Source: Candidatus Doudnabacteria bacterium | GTDB taxonomy: Bacteria; Patescibacteriota; Doudnabacteria; UBA920; VMFF01 | Length of the DNA: 64,000 nucleotides | Assembly: GCA_028286905.1 (NCBI GenBank) | Contig: JAQBQP010000002.1 | Location: 245,458-309,457 of the forward strand | Reading direction: 5' to 3' | Shown: in pieces, positions 16,391 through 25,423 of the stretch | Layout: each line of letters starts with the position of its first letter | How positions within the stretch are numbered: the stretch's first letter is position 1 | The notes under the pieces: model-generated | The model's input: the letters and a program-made list of their open reading frames with translations, nothing else | What the model was told of the DNA's origin: nothing | The model's database searches: none | Program-made: the position numbers and the translations under genes

Positions 16391-18253
16391 ATGTTAAATA
16401 AAAAAAATGCTGTAAGCCTGTTGCTAATCACTGCGGTTATATTTACACCGCTCGCTCAAGCCTTCGCCGATTTTAATCCGAGCAAATTAATTGATGATAA
16501 AACTTTTTCAGATACTCAAACTTTTGGATCTGCTGCAGGAATTCAGCAATTCTTAACAAGCAAAAATAGCCCGCTTGCGGATACTAGCGCAGATTTTTTA
16601 CAGAAATTAAAAGAACCGACGGATTCAATAATTAAAACCGGGTTGGGCGACCCAGAGCCGAATTTAGGCAGGTTGCGCACAGCGGCAGAACTGATTTGGG
16701 ACGCTTCTGTCCAAACTGGCATTAATCCTCAAGTAATTTTAGTAACTCTTCAAAAAGAACAAACTTTAATTACGGGCAGCTTCAGCGCGAGCCGTTTACA
16801 AAGTGCACTTGATCATGCTTTGGGATTTGGTTGCCCTAGCACTGGCTGTGACCAAAACCTTGTGGGTTTTTACCACCAGTTATTTGGCGGTTTTGACGCT
16901 CAAGGAAATAAATATGTTGGCTCTCCTGGTTCGCTGATGCGCAGCTTTAATACCTCCGGCGGACGCGGGCCTTACGTCGATGCTCAAGGCCAAGTTTTTG
17001 GCCCAGGACCCCTTATTCGAATTTCGCATGTTAATGACGTAATCGTATTAGATAATACCTTAGGTGGCCCGCAAAATCCGCAGCCGACTCAAGCTGTCAC
17101 TTTATCAAACAACGCTACTGCCGCATTGTATCGATATACTCCGCATGTTTATAATGGTAATTATAATTTTTGGAAATTTTTTGACCAATGGTTCCGTTAT
17201 CCAAATGGGACATTGTTGAAGCTTGCTTCGGATAACGTTACTTACATTGTGAATAATGGATTAAAATCGGTAATTCCAAACTTTGTTATCCAATCAAGAG
17301 CTTTGAATGTAGCTAGTATTATTACTGTTTCACCGACAGAACTTTCTTCGATAGACCCAGGTCCAATCGTTGGTCCTGCTGATAATGTTATTGTGAAGGT
17401 AGACACTGACCCTACAAAACTTTTTGTTTTTGAAAATAACTTGAAGCATCCTGTTTCATCTTTTGTGCTTAGCCAAAGAGGTTTGAATTCTAAGAGTGCG
17501 CTAACCATTAGCCAATCCGAAGCTGATATGTTTAGCACCTCTTCGTTGTTAACTCCAAAGGAAGGCACTTTAATCAAAGCAACCGGGTCAGGGGCGGTGT
17601 ACGTAATTGCGAATCAAAAGAAGATGGCTTTGAGCGCGTTTACTTTTAAACAGAATAATTACGCAATTAAAAATATTGTAACTTTGCCTGCTGATGAATT
17701 GGCGCAATACGCTGACGGCGGATTCTTATTGCCAAAAAATGGTACTTTAGTTAAGACTGCCGCAAGTCCGGCCGTTTACCAAATTGATAATAGCTTGCTG
17801 CATCCGATATCCAGCGTGGTCTTTAAGCTTCATAACTTCAATTTGAAGAGCGTTGTCACATTAAGCGATGGAGAATTAGCAAATGCATCGATGAGTGTTT
17901 ATGTAACACCTCCAGAAAAAACATTCTTTAAAACTCCAGATGGTTTAGTATACTACTTCGTTGGCGGAACAAAACACACTGTATCAGCATTTGTATTAAA
18001 GCAGCGCAAAGTTTCTCCGATTAACTTAACTGCAGATGAAGCCTTTGTAATTAATGACGGTGCGCCTTTAACTCCAAAAGACGGCACATTAATTAAGGGT
18101 GACAATTCTGGAACAATCTATGTAATTAAGAGTGGCTTAAAAGTTGCTCTAGATTTTAACACCTGGTCTAAGACCTATAAGAAAGCCAAGCCTACCGTGC
18201 TGCCTCAAGCGGAAGTGGATTCCTATCTTGCGCCAGGGGACATAGAGCAGTAA
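16391..18253 (+). CDS. Secreted protein with an uncharacterised N-domain and six ~58-aa repeats
   Basis: Signal peptide (AFA-D); INPQVILVTLQKEQ and ATAALYRYTPH motifs; PxxGTL[IV]K repeats; GAGGAG before ATG 16391. Confidence 0.75.
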   Translation: MLNKKNAVSLLLITAVIFTPLAQAFADFNPSKLIDDKTFSDTQTFGSAAGIQQFLTSKNSPLADTSADFLQKLKEPTDSIIKTGLGDPEPNLGRLRTAAELIWDASVQTGINPQVILVTLQKEQTLITGSFSASRLQSALDHALGFGCPSTGCDQNLVGFYHQLFGGFDAQGNKYVGSPGSLMRSFNTSGGRGPYVDAQGQVFGPGPLIRISHVNDVIVLDNTLGGPQNPQPTQAVTLSNNATAALYRYTPHVYNGNYNFWKFFDQWFRYPNGTLLKLASDNVTYIVNNGLKSVIPNFVIQSRALNVASIITVSPTELSSIDPGPIVGPADNVIVKVDTDPTKLFVFENNLKHPVSSFVLSQRGLNSKSALTISQSEADMFSTSSLLTPKEGTLIKATGSGAVYVIANQKKMALSAFTFKQNNYAIKNIVTLPADELAQYADGGFLLPKNGTLVKTAASPAVYQIDNSLLHPISSVVFKLHNFNLKSVVTLSDGELANASMSVYVTPPEKTFFKTPDGLVYYFVGGTKHTVSAFVLKQRKVSPINLTADEAFVINDGAPLTPKDGTLIKGDNSGTIYVIKSGLKVALDFNTWSKTYKKAKPTVLPQAEVDSYLAPGDIEQ

Positions 18254-18262
18254 ACTCTAGAT

Positions 18263-19699
18263 ATGTCTAAAGTTTCTAGAAATATATTCACATTGATCGG
18301 CTCCAGAGTATTAGCCGCAATCCTTGTTTTCATTGGTTATGCCAGCCTGTTCCGTTATTTGGGAACATACATCTCTGGGCAGCATCAATTTGTCTTATCT
18401 TTCGTAATGCTCTTTAGTGTTGTAGTTGATTTTGGTATTCAACAGCTAGTTATAAAAAAGGTGAGCGAAGATAATTCCTTAGCTAAAAAATATCTAGGGA
18501 ATTTCTTCGCAGTTGAGTTTGTGCTAGCTTTGATGCTTTGGGCGATTATGATCGCAATTGCTTTTAGCGTTGGTTACGAGCCGGGTGTGCGCAATGCCAT
18601 AATTTTGGCTGGCTTTGGAATGTTCTTGAATGCGATTACGATTCCGCATACCTCGATTTTATCCGCACATCAAGATATGGAAGTTATTGCCGGAGTTAAT
18701 TTTTTGGACTCGGCAGTAAATGTTGGGGTAATGTTTGCAGCAATTTTAACACATCATTACGTGGTTTTTTTGGTATTGGTCCAAGTGTTTAATGGCTTGA
18801 TTCATATCCTAATTTATAACCGCTTAATTAAAAAATACGTTCCAAAACCGGAACTGCTTAGTCACTTAAGAAATCTCGATCTTGATTTGGTAAAAAAGAT
18901 GTTTGTTGCAGCTTTGCCCTTCGGAGCATTGGTTGGTTTTAGTATCATTTATAACAAAATCGACATAATCATAATTCGTGAAATGCGCGGTTATGCCGAA
19001 ACCGGTTTATATGCCGCAGCATATAAGTTTGTAGATTTTTTGGCTTTCCTGCCAGCGGTGGTTTCTTCGGCGCTGTATCCCTATTACTCTTCGGAAATAA
19101 AAGCCGGGAATCTTGAAGCGGTAAAAAACTCTTTGCAAAACTATACCCGGCTAATGCTTGCAGTTGCCGTGCCGATTTCAGTTGGGGGTTTTATTTTGGC
19201 GAAAAAATTAATCGTGGTGGTGGGCGGAGTCCAATTTGTAAACGGTTACGTTGCTTTGCAAATTTTGGTCTTTGCTTCTGGAATCTTATTTACTTATGCG
19301 GCAGTAAATAGTTTGATGGTTAACCAGCTAACCAGATTGGCGGTAAAAATAACATTTGTAAATATTTTTATTAATATTATCGGCAATCTTATATTCGTGC
19401 CTATTTTTGGCTTTAAAGCTGCTGCGGCAATGACTGTCGTTTCAGAATTGACCCAAGCAAGCTTTTATTTTTATTTTGTCCAAACTAGAATTACAAAGTT
19501 TAATATATTTAGATATATGCTCCAGCCTTTAGTTGCTGCTGCGATTATGTCCGCAGTGTTGTGGCCTCTAAAAGAAAGAAACTTATTTATGACCTTACCA
19601 TTGGGAATTATAACTTACGCCGTTGCTATACTAGCGGTGGGCTTTTTTAAGAAAAGTGATTTGTTGGCAATCAAAAGATTAGCAAGAAGGACTGTTTAA
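18263..19699 (+). CDS. Wzx-type polysaccharide flippase
   Basis: About 12-14 TMs; VVDFGI, IYNKIDII, GLYAAAYK. Confidence 0.88.
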   Translation: MSKVSRNIFTLIGSRVLAAILVFIGYASLFRYLGTYISGQHQFVLSFVMLFSVVVDFGIQQLVIKKVSEDNSLAKKYLGNFFAVEFVLALMLWAIMIAIAFSVGYEPGVRNAIILAGFGMFLNAITIPHTSILSAHQDMEVIAGVNFLDSAVNVGVMFAAILTHHYVVFLVLVQVFNGLIHILIYNRLIKKYVPKPELLSHLRNLDLDLVKKMFVAALPFGALVGFSIIYNKIDIIIIREMRGYAETGLYAAAYKFVDFLAFLPAVVSSALYPYYSSEIKAGNLEAVKNSLQNYTRLMLAVAVPISVGGFILAKKLIVVVGGVQFVNGYVALQILVFASGILFTYAAVNSLMVNQLTRLAVKITFVNIFINIIGNLIFVPIFGFKAAAAMTVVSELTQASFYFYFVQTRITKFNIFRYMLQPLVAAAIMSAVLWPLKERNLFMTLPLGIITYAVAILAVGFFKKSDLLAIKRLARRTV

Positions 19700-19700
19700 T

Positions 19701-20780
19701 ATGAAAATTGGCATTGAAGCAGAGCGCGCGAATTCAGATTATCCTACTGGCGTTGAACATTACGCTCAACAATTAATTTTAAATTTGGCAAAGATCGACG
19801 CGCAGAACGATTACGTTCTTTATTTACGAACTCAGCCGGCCAAATGGTTTGCTGGCTTGCCGAGCAATTTCAAAATAAAAATTTTACCCTTTCCGATATT
19901 TTGGACCCAACTGCGGCTCTCTTGGGAGGTTTTGCTGCATCCGGTTGACTCCTTGTTTATAATGGCGTCGGCATTGCCTATAATTCATCCAAAGAATTCT
20001 ATCGTTACGATTCATGATATTGCTTGGGATTTTTACCCAGAAACCTTTGGTAAATTTACATTAAACTATTTAAGGTTTTCGACTTGGTATGCTTGCAGGT
20101 TCGCGAATAAAATTATTGCGGTTTCTGAGCAAACCAAAAAAGATTTAATTAAAAAATATAACCTTGATCCCGCTAAAATAGCGGTAGTTTATCATGGTTT
20201 TGATCGAAATACCGAAATGGAAAAAGGTTCCTCTGAAGAGCAACGTCTTGCTGGAAGTTTGCCTAAAAAATTCGTCTTATTTTTAAGCACCTTACAGCCT
20301 AGAAAAAACGTTATTGGCTTAATAGATGCATTTATTGAATTAAAAAAAGAAAAACAAATTGAGCACAGCTTAGTCTTAGCCGGGGGGAAAGGCTGGTTAT
20401 ATAATAAAATTATTCGAAAAATTTCAGAACACCCAGAAGTTCTATATATAGGTTACGTTCAAAACCGTTTTGAGTTTTTGAAAAATGCTGATCTTTTAGT
20501 GCAGCCCTCTTTTTACGAAGGATTTGGCATGAGTATTTTAGATGCTTTTGCAGCAGGTGTGCCTGTTGCTTGCTCAAACGTTTCTTCTTTGCCAGAAGTA
20601 GCGGGGGAGGCGGCAATTTATTTTAACCCAAACAGCAAGCAAGAAATTAAACAAGCAATTTACAATGTATTGGCAGATCGGTCTTTGCACGATCGTTTGG
20701 CTGAAAAAGGCAGCGAAAGATTAAAGCTGTTCTCTTGGCAAAAATGCGCTGAGCAAACATTGCAAGTTTTAACAAAATAA
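19701..20780 (+). CDS. Glycosyltransferase family 4
   Basis: TIHD, PRKN, PSFYEGFGMSILDA. Confidence 0.92.
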   Translation: MKIGIEAERANSDYPTGVEHYAQQLILNLAKIDAQNDYVLYLRTQPAKWFAGLPSNFKIKILPFPIFWTQLRLSWEVLLHPVDSLFIMASALPIIHPKNSIVTIHDIAWDFYPETFGKFTLNYLRFSTWYACRFANKIIAVSEQTKKDLIKKYNLDPAKIAVVYHGFDRNTEMEKGSSEEQRLAGSLPKKFVLFLSTLQPRKNVIGLIDAFIELKKEKQIEHSLVLAGGKGWLYNKIIRKISEHPEVLYIGYVQNRFEFLKNADLLVQPSFYEGFGMSILDAFAAGVPVACSNVSSLPEVAGEAAIYFNPNSKQEIKQAIYNVLADRSLHDRLAEKGSERLKLFSWQKCAEQTLQVLTK

Positions 20781-20796
20781 CCAATAATAAGAGCAT

Positions 20797-22317
20797 ATGT
20801 TTAAGTCCAAATTCTGGTTAACGGTCTTTTTTGTTTATCAAGCCTTCTCTACCGCGCTGATCGCTATCGGCGTTTGGCCTAAAGAAATTATCTATTTAAA
20901 TTTAGGCTTGCAGCTGGCCGCAGTTTGTTTTTTTAATTTAGAAAACGCTATTTACAGCGTCGTTTTATCGACACCTTTTTATTTAGTAATTCCCAATTCT
21001 AAATTTGACTCATTTTCTGCTTGGCGAATTGTTTTTCCGGTTTTATTTTTAGTTTTCTTATTTAAGGATAAAAACTATTTTCAAAATGGTCTTCAGAAAA
21101 AGATTGAATTTTTTAAATGGGACAAATATTTAAAATACTTATTTTATATATTATTATTATCGATTGCTCTGGCGGACAATAAAATTCCAGGTTTAAAAAA
21201 AATCGCCTTTGGGGCGAACATCTATTTGCTTTACGTTGTAATATTTAATGTAGTTAAAACCAAAGAACAAATTTTAAGCTTAATCAAAACTAGCTTTGTT
21301 GCTACTGGTGCAATTGTTTTGTTTGGTTTTGCTCAGCTTTTTAGCTCAGCGTTTGGAAACATTTATTATTTTTGGCAATACTGGGCAACTTTTCCAGCTA
21401 GATTTTACTATGGTACAACTTTTGCAGATACCGCCCTCTATTCTAACTCTTGGTTCACCGCCACGAAAGGAGCCTGGAGTTTAAGAATGTTCTCAATATT
21501 GCCCGATTCACATGCTTTTGCGGTGATTGCAATGTTTTCAATTCCGTTTGCTAGCATGCTATTATTTTTTGCAAAATCAAATTGGCAAAAAGCTTTGTAT
21601 TGGATTTATATTGCATTGGCAATGCTGGCAATTTCTTTTTCAGGAACGCGTGGCGTTTGGGTGGGAATTTTGGCCCCCGTTTTTATACTTGGCTACTTGT
21701 ACGCAAAACATTTTGGCAGAGAAATAATTAAACCGATAGCGAAGCCATTCTTGATATTTTTTATTGTTTTAGCGCTCTCACCCTTTATCCAAAATGCAAT
21801 TAATCATTTAGGCAAAGGAAATGCGGATTTTTTACAAAGAGCGGAAACAATTTATGATTTAAATGAATCTTCAAATGCTGGCAGGATAAAAATTTGGAAG
21901 GATACTTTAAAGCTTTCGTTAGCGCATCCTTTATTGGGAGTTGGTTATGGCAATTTTCAATTATCAGTTTCCGATCAGCAATCAAAGGCTTTAAATTTAC
22001 CAAAGCAATACATCACTGCGCATAGCCAATATTTTGATATTCTTGCAGAAGCTGGCTTAGTCGGATTAATATTCTTCTTATTATATCTAGAGAATATTGG
22101 AAAAATATTCTGGCAATTTTTTAAAAGCCATTATTTGTTCTTTGAGGATGGATTTGTATTTTTTGTAATTTGCTTTGCCGCCTATTTTATATGGCTATTT
22201 GCCTACTCTTTGTTTGACGGTACAATTATGAATGACCGGGTGTTAATGTTCTTTTTTATAGATCTTGCAATTGCTGGGAATATTATTAAAATCTATTCTC
22301 GTGAAAATATCAATTAA
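20797..22317 (+). CDS. O-antigen ligase/Wzy-family membrane protein
   Basis: SGTRGVW, SNAGRIKIW, PLLGVGYGNF, AHSQYFDILAEAGLVG. Confidence 0.88.
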   Translation: MFKSKFWLTVFFVYQAFSTALIAIGVWPKEIIYLNLGLQLAAVCFFNLENAIYSVVLSTPFYLVIPNSKFDSFSAWRIVFPVLFLVFLFKDKNYFQNGLQKKIEFFKWDKYLKYLFYILLLSIALADNKIPGLKKIAFGANIYLLYVVIFNVVKTKEQILSLIKTSFVATGAIVLFGFAQLFSSAFGNIYYFWQYWATFPARFYYGTTFADTALYSNSWFTATKGAWSLRMFSILPDSHAFAVIAMFSIPFASMLLFFAKSNWQKALYWIYIALAMLAISFSGTRGVWVGILAPVFILGYLYAKHFGREIIKPIAKPFLIFFIVLALSPFIQNAINHLGKGNADFLQRAETIYDLNESSNAGRIKIWKDTLKLSLAHPLLGVGYGNFQLSVSDQQSKALNLPKQYITAHSQYFDILAEAGLVGLIFFLLYLENIGKIFWQFFKSHYLFFEDGFVFFVICFAAYFIWLFAYSLFDGTIMNDRVLMFFFIDLAIAGNIIKIYSRENIN

Positions 22318-23314
22318 TTTACTGCGCTGGAATACTGGTTGGGACGACATCAAAAAAGTTATTGATGCGGTTTTGGCTCAGGATTTTAAAGACTACGAAT
22401 TAGTTTATTCTGAGAACGCTGATGTTGATAAACCAAAGTTGATTGAGCAGATTAAAGAAAATTATCCGCAAAATCCTAAAATTAGGATTGTAGATAATGC
22501 CGGCAACTTGGGGTTTGCCGGGGGCCAAAATAAATTTTTTCAAACAACAGATACAGAATTACTAATGCTGATCAACCCAGATGCATACCTGGCTTCAAAT
22601 TTTTTAACAGAAATTGTCAAAGCCTTTGAAGATCCTAAAGTAGGTTTTGCTACTGGTAAAATGCTTAAGCCCGAGCTAAATGAAAAAGGTCAGCGAATAA
22701 TTGATGGAACCGGGATTATTATTTATAAGTCACGACGAGCGCGCGAACGGGGGCAGTTGGAAGTTGATTATGGACAGTACGATAATCAGAAAGATGTTTT
22801 TGGAGTTTCCGGCAGTGCGGTGGTTTATAGAAAAAGTGCTTTAGAAGCTGTGAAAATTTTAAAAAATGAATATTTTGATCCAGACTTTTTTGCCTATTGG
22901 GAAGACTTAGATTTGTCCTGGCGGCTGCGCCTGCAAGGGTATCAAGCAAAGTACGTTCCAAGTGCTGTCGTATACCACACTCGCGCGGTAGGAGTTAGCG
23001 CAGGTGGCTATAAAAAGGTCCGTGCATTCGTTAAGCACCACGCAAAGTTTTCTCTAAACGTTCGCCGTTGGAATTGGCGGAACCATTTATTTACAATTAT
23101 TAAAAATGATTTTGGTTGGAATTTTTGGAAAAGTTCGCCGCGAATTTTATTTCGAGAATTAGCAATGTTCGGTTACATTCTGGTTTTTGAGCCGAGAACT
23201 TTAAGCGCTGTCCCTGATTTTGTAAGGCTATTGCCAAAAATGTTGCAGAAAAGAAAAATTATTCAAAGCCAAAGGACCGTTACCTCTAAACAAATGGAAG
23301 GTTGGTTTATTTAA
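22301..23314 (+). CDS. Glycosyltransferase family 2
   Basis: NLGFAGGQN, INPD, FFAYWEDLDLSWR; GTG start at 22301. Confidence 0.9.
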   Translation: MKISINLLRWNTGWDDIKKVIDAVLAQDFKDYELVYSENADVDKPKLIEQIKENYPQNPKIRIVDNAGNLGFAGGQNKFFQTTDTELLMLINPDAYLASNFLTEIVKAFEDPKVGFATGKMLKPELNEKGQRIIDGTGIIIYKSRRARERGQLEVDYGQYDNQKDVFGVSGSAVVYRKSALEAVKILKNEYFDPDFFAYWEDLDLSWRLRLQGYQAKYVPSAVVYHTRAVGVSAGGYKKVRAFVKHHAKFSLNVRRWNWRNHLFTIIKNDFGWNFWKSSPRILFRELAMFGYILVFEPRTLSAVPDFVRLLPKMLQKRKIIQSQRTVTSKQMEGWFI

Positions 23315-23315
23315 T

Positions 23316-24185
23316 ATGGATTTATCAATAATTATTTTAGCATTTCGAAATAAAGAAAAATTACATACTACATTGGAAGCGGTTTTTAAATCGGAAACGC
23401 ATTATTCCTATGAAGTGATCGTGGTGGATAATGATTCCAAAGACGGTACCGCAGAAATGGTTGAACAGCAATTTCCACATGCTCAGCTAATACGAAATCC
23501 GAATAATGGCTTTGCCAAAGGCAACAATAGAGGTTTGAAAGAAACCAAAGGGGATGTAGTATTATTTTTGAATGCAGATACTGCAGTGCAGCCAAACGTC
23601 ATCGAACAAACTTTAACAAAAATTAAATCAGATCGAAAAATTGGCTTTCTTGGTTGCAGACTTATTAAAGCAGACGGTAGTTTGGATTTAGCAGCTCGCC
23701 GAAGTTTCCCAAATCCAGTAAATGCCTTATATCGTTTTACGCATTTGGACAAAATTTTTCCAAAAATGTTCGGATCTTATAATTTGTTGAATGTAACAGA
23801 AGACCAAGAGCAAGAAGTAGATTCTTTAGTAGGAGCTTTTATGATGATTCGGCGGGAAGTGTTAAATGAGATTGGCCCATGGGATGAAGATTTCTTTATG
23901 TATGGTGAGGATATTGAATATTGTTATCGCGCCAAGCAGGCCGGTTATAAAAACATTTATTACCCCGCAGTAACTACTATTCATTACAAAGGACAATCTT
24001 CAAAGAAAACTCCTTTTATTTCTTTATACCATTTTCATAATTCAATGTGGCTTTTTTACAAAAAGCATTATGTTAAAAAATATCCGTTTTTTTTGAACTG
24101 GCTGGTCTATATTGGAATATGGTCAAGGTTCTATCTATTATTAATAATTAATAAGCTTCGAAAAAACCCTTACGTTAGTAAATAG
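23316..24185 (+). CDS. Glycosyltransferase family 2 (WbbL-like, possible rhamnosyltransferase)
   Basis: VVDNDSKD, GFAKGNN, LNADT, FFMYGEDIE. Confidence 0.9.
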   Translation: MDLSIIILAFRNKEKLHTTLEAVFKSETHYSYEVIVVDNDSKDGTAEMVEQQFPHAQLIRNPNNGFAKGNNRGLKETKGDVVLFLNADTAVQPNVIEQTLTKIKSDRKIGFLGCRLIKADGSLDLAARRSFPNPVNALYRFTHLDKIFPKMFGSYNLLNVTEDQEQEVDSLVGAFMMIRREVLNEIGPWDEDFFMYGEDIEYCYRAKQAGYKNIYYPAVTTIHYKGQSSKKTPFISLYHFHNSMWLFYKKHYVKKYPFFLNWLVYIGIWSRFYLLLIINKLRKNPYVSK

Positions 24186-24201
24186 TGTATAATAAAATCA
24201 T

Positions 24202-25413
24202 ATGATTTCAACAAAAAGATATATCACAACAATAGTTTTATTACTTGTTCTTTCCGCAGGAACCTTTTTTGGGGGACTTAAGATCGGTGGTAAGGGTTAT
24301 GTTTATTCTGGTAGCAGTTATCAGATAATTAACCAAAACGATGCTCCAAAAAATGTAAATTATAGCTTGCTTTGGCAGGCTTTGGATGTAATTAACACAA
24401 AATATATAGATAAGCCTGTGGATCAACAAAAGATTTTGTATGGTGCAATTGCCGGTGCGGTAGCAGCGGTTGGCGACCCATACACCGCTTTTTTTGATCC
24501 AAAACAGTACTCCGACTTTAAAACAGAGCTTGGCGGATCCTTTGAAGGAATTGGAGCTGAAGTTGGCATGAAAGATGGTTCGATTGTAATAGTCGCGCCT
24601 TTGGACGGCAGCCCGGCCAAGAAAGCTGGCTTGCTTGCAGGAGATATTCTTTTAAAGATTAATAGTGACGATGCCACGGCTCTTACTTTAGAGCAAGCTG
24701 TTAATAAAATTCGTGGACCAAAAGGTACTGTGGTGGACTTAACTATTTACAGACCATCCGATAAAAGTCAGAAAGATTTTAAAATCACCAGAGAAACCAT
24801 TGCGGTCAATAGCGTTAAATACAAAGTACAGACTGTGAATGGTAAAAAAATTGAGATTATAAATGTGGACCGTTTTGGCGATGACACTACTACTTTGTTT
24901 GCACAAGCTGTGGCAGACGTTCAAAAAAACAAAGTCGATGGCATTGTCGTTGATTTGCGCGATGATCCGGGCGGTTATTTAGATGCCGCAGTTCAATTAG
25001 CCTCCTATTGGGTAAATCCTGGAGATGTGGTTGTTACAGAAAAACATTCTGACGGAACCCAAAATGATTACAAAGGTTTGGGCAGCAACAGTTTAGGAAA
25101 AATTCCAACCGTAGTTTTGATCAATGGCGGCTCTGCTTCCGCCGCAGAAATTTTGACCGGCGCGTTACATGACCACAACCTTGCTAAAACAGTTGGTTTA
25201 AAATCATTTGGTAAAGGCTCAGTGCAGGAACTAGTAAACTTACCAGAAAATACCGCCGTAAAAGTAACTGTAGCAAAATGGTTCACGCCAAATGGAATAA
25301 ATATTACAAAAAATGGCTTGGAACCAGATACTAAAGTAGATCTCACTGCCGCAGACCTTGCTGCAAATAAGGATCCTCAATTAGACAAAGCATTAGAGTT
25401 AATTAGCAAGTAA
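24202..25413 (+). CDS. ctpA: S41A carboxyl-terminal processing protease
   Basis: GDPYT, GIGAEV PDZ region, DLRDDPGG, SASAAEI, SFGKGSVQ. Confidence 0.92.
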   Translation: MISTKRYITTIVLLLVLSAGTFFGGLKIGGKGYVYSGSSYQIINQNDAPKNVNYSLLWQALDVINTKYIDKPVDQQKILYGAIAGAVAAVGDPYTAFFDPKQYSDFKTELGGSFEGIGAEVGMKDGSIVIVAPLDGSPAKKAGLLAGDILLKINSDDATALTLEQAVNKIRGPKGTVVDLTIYRPSDKSQKDFKITRETIAVNSVKYKVQTVNGKKIEIINVDRFGDDTTTLFAQAVADVQKNKVDGIVVDLRDDPGGYLDAAVQLASYWVNPGDVVVTEKHSDGTQNDYKGLGSNSLGKIPTVVLINGGSASAAEILTGALHDHNLAKTVGLKSFGKGSVQELVNLPENTAVKVTVAKWFTPNGINITKNGLEPDTKVDLTAADLAANKDPQLDKALELISK

Positions 25414-25423
25414 TAAATGGTTT

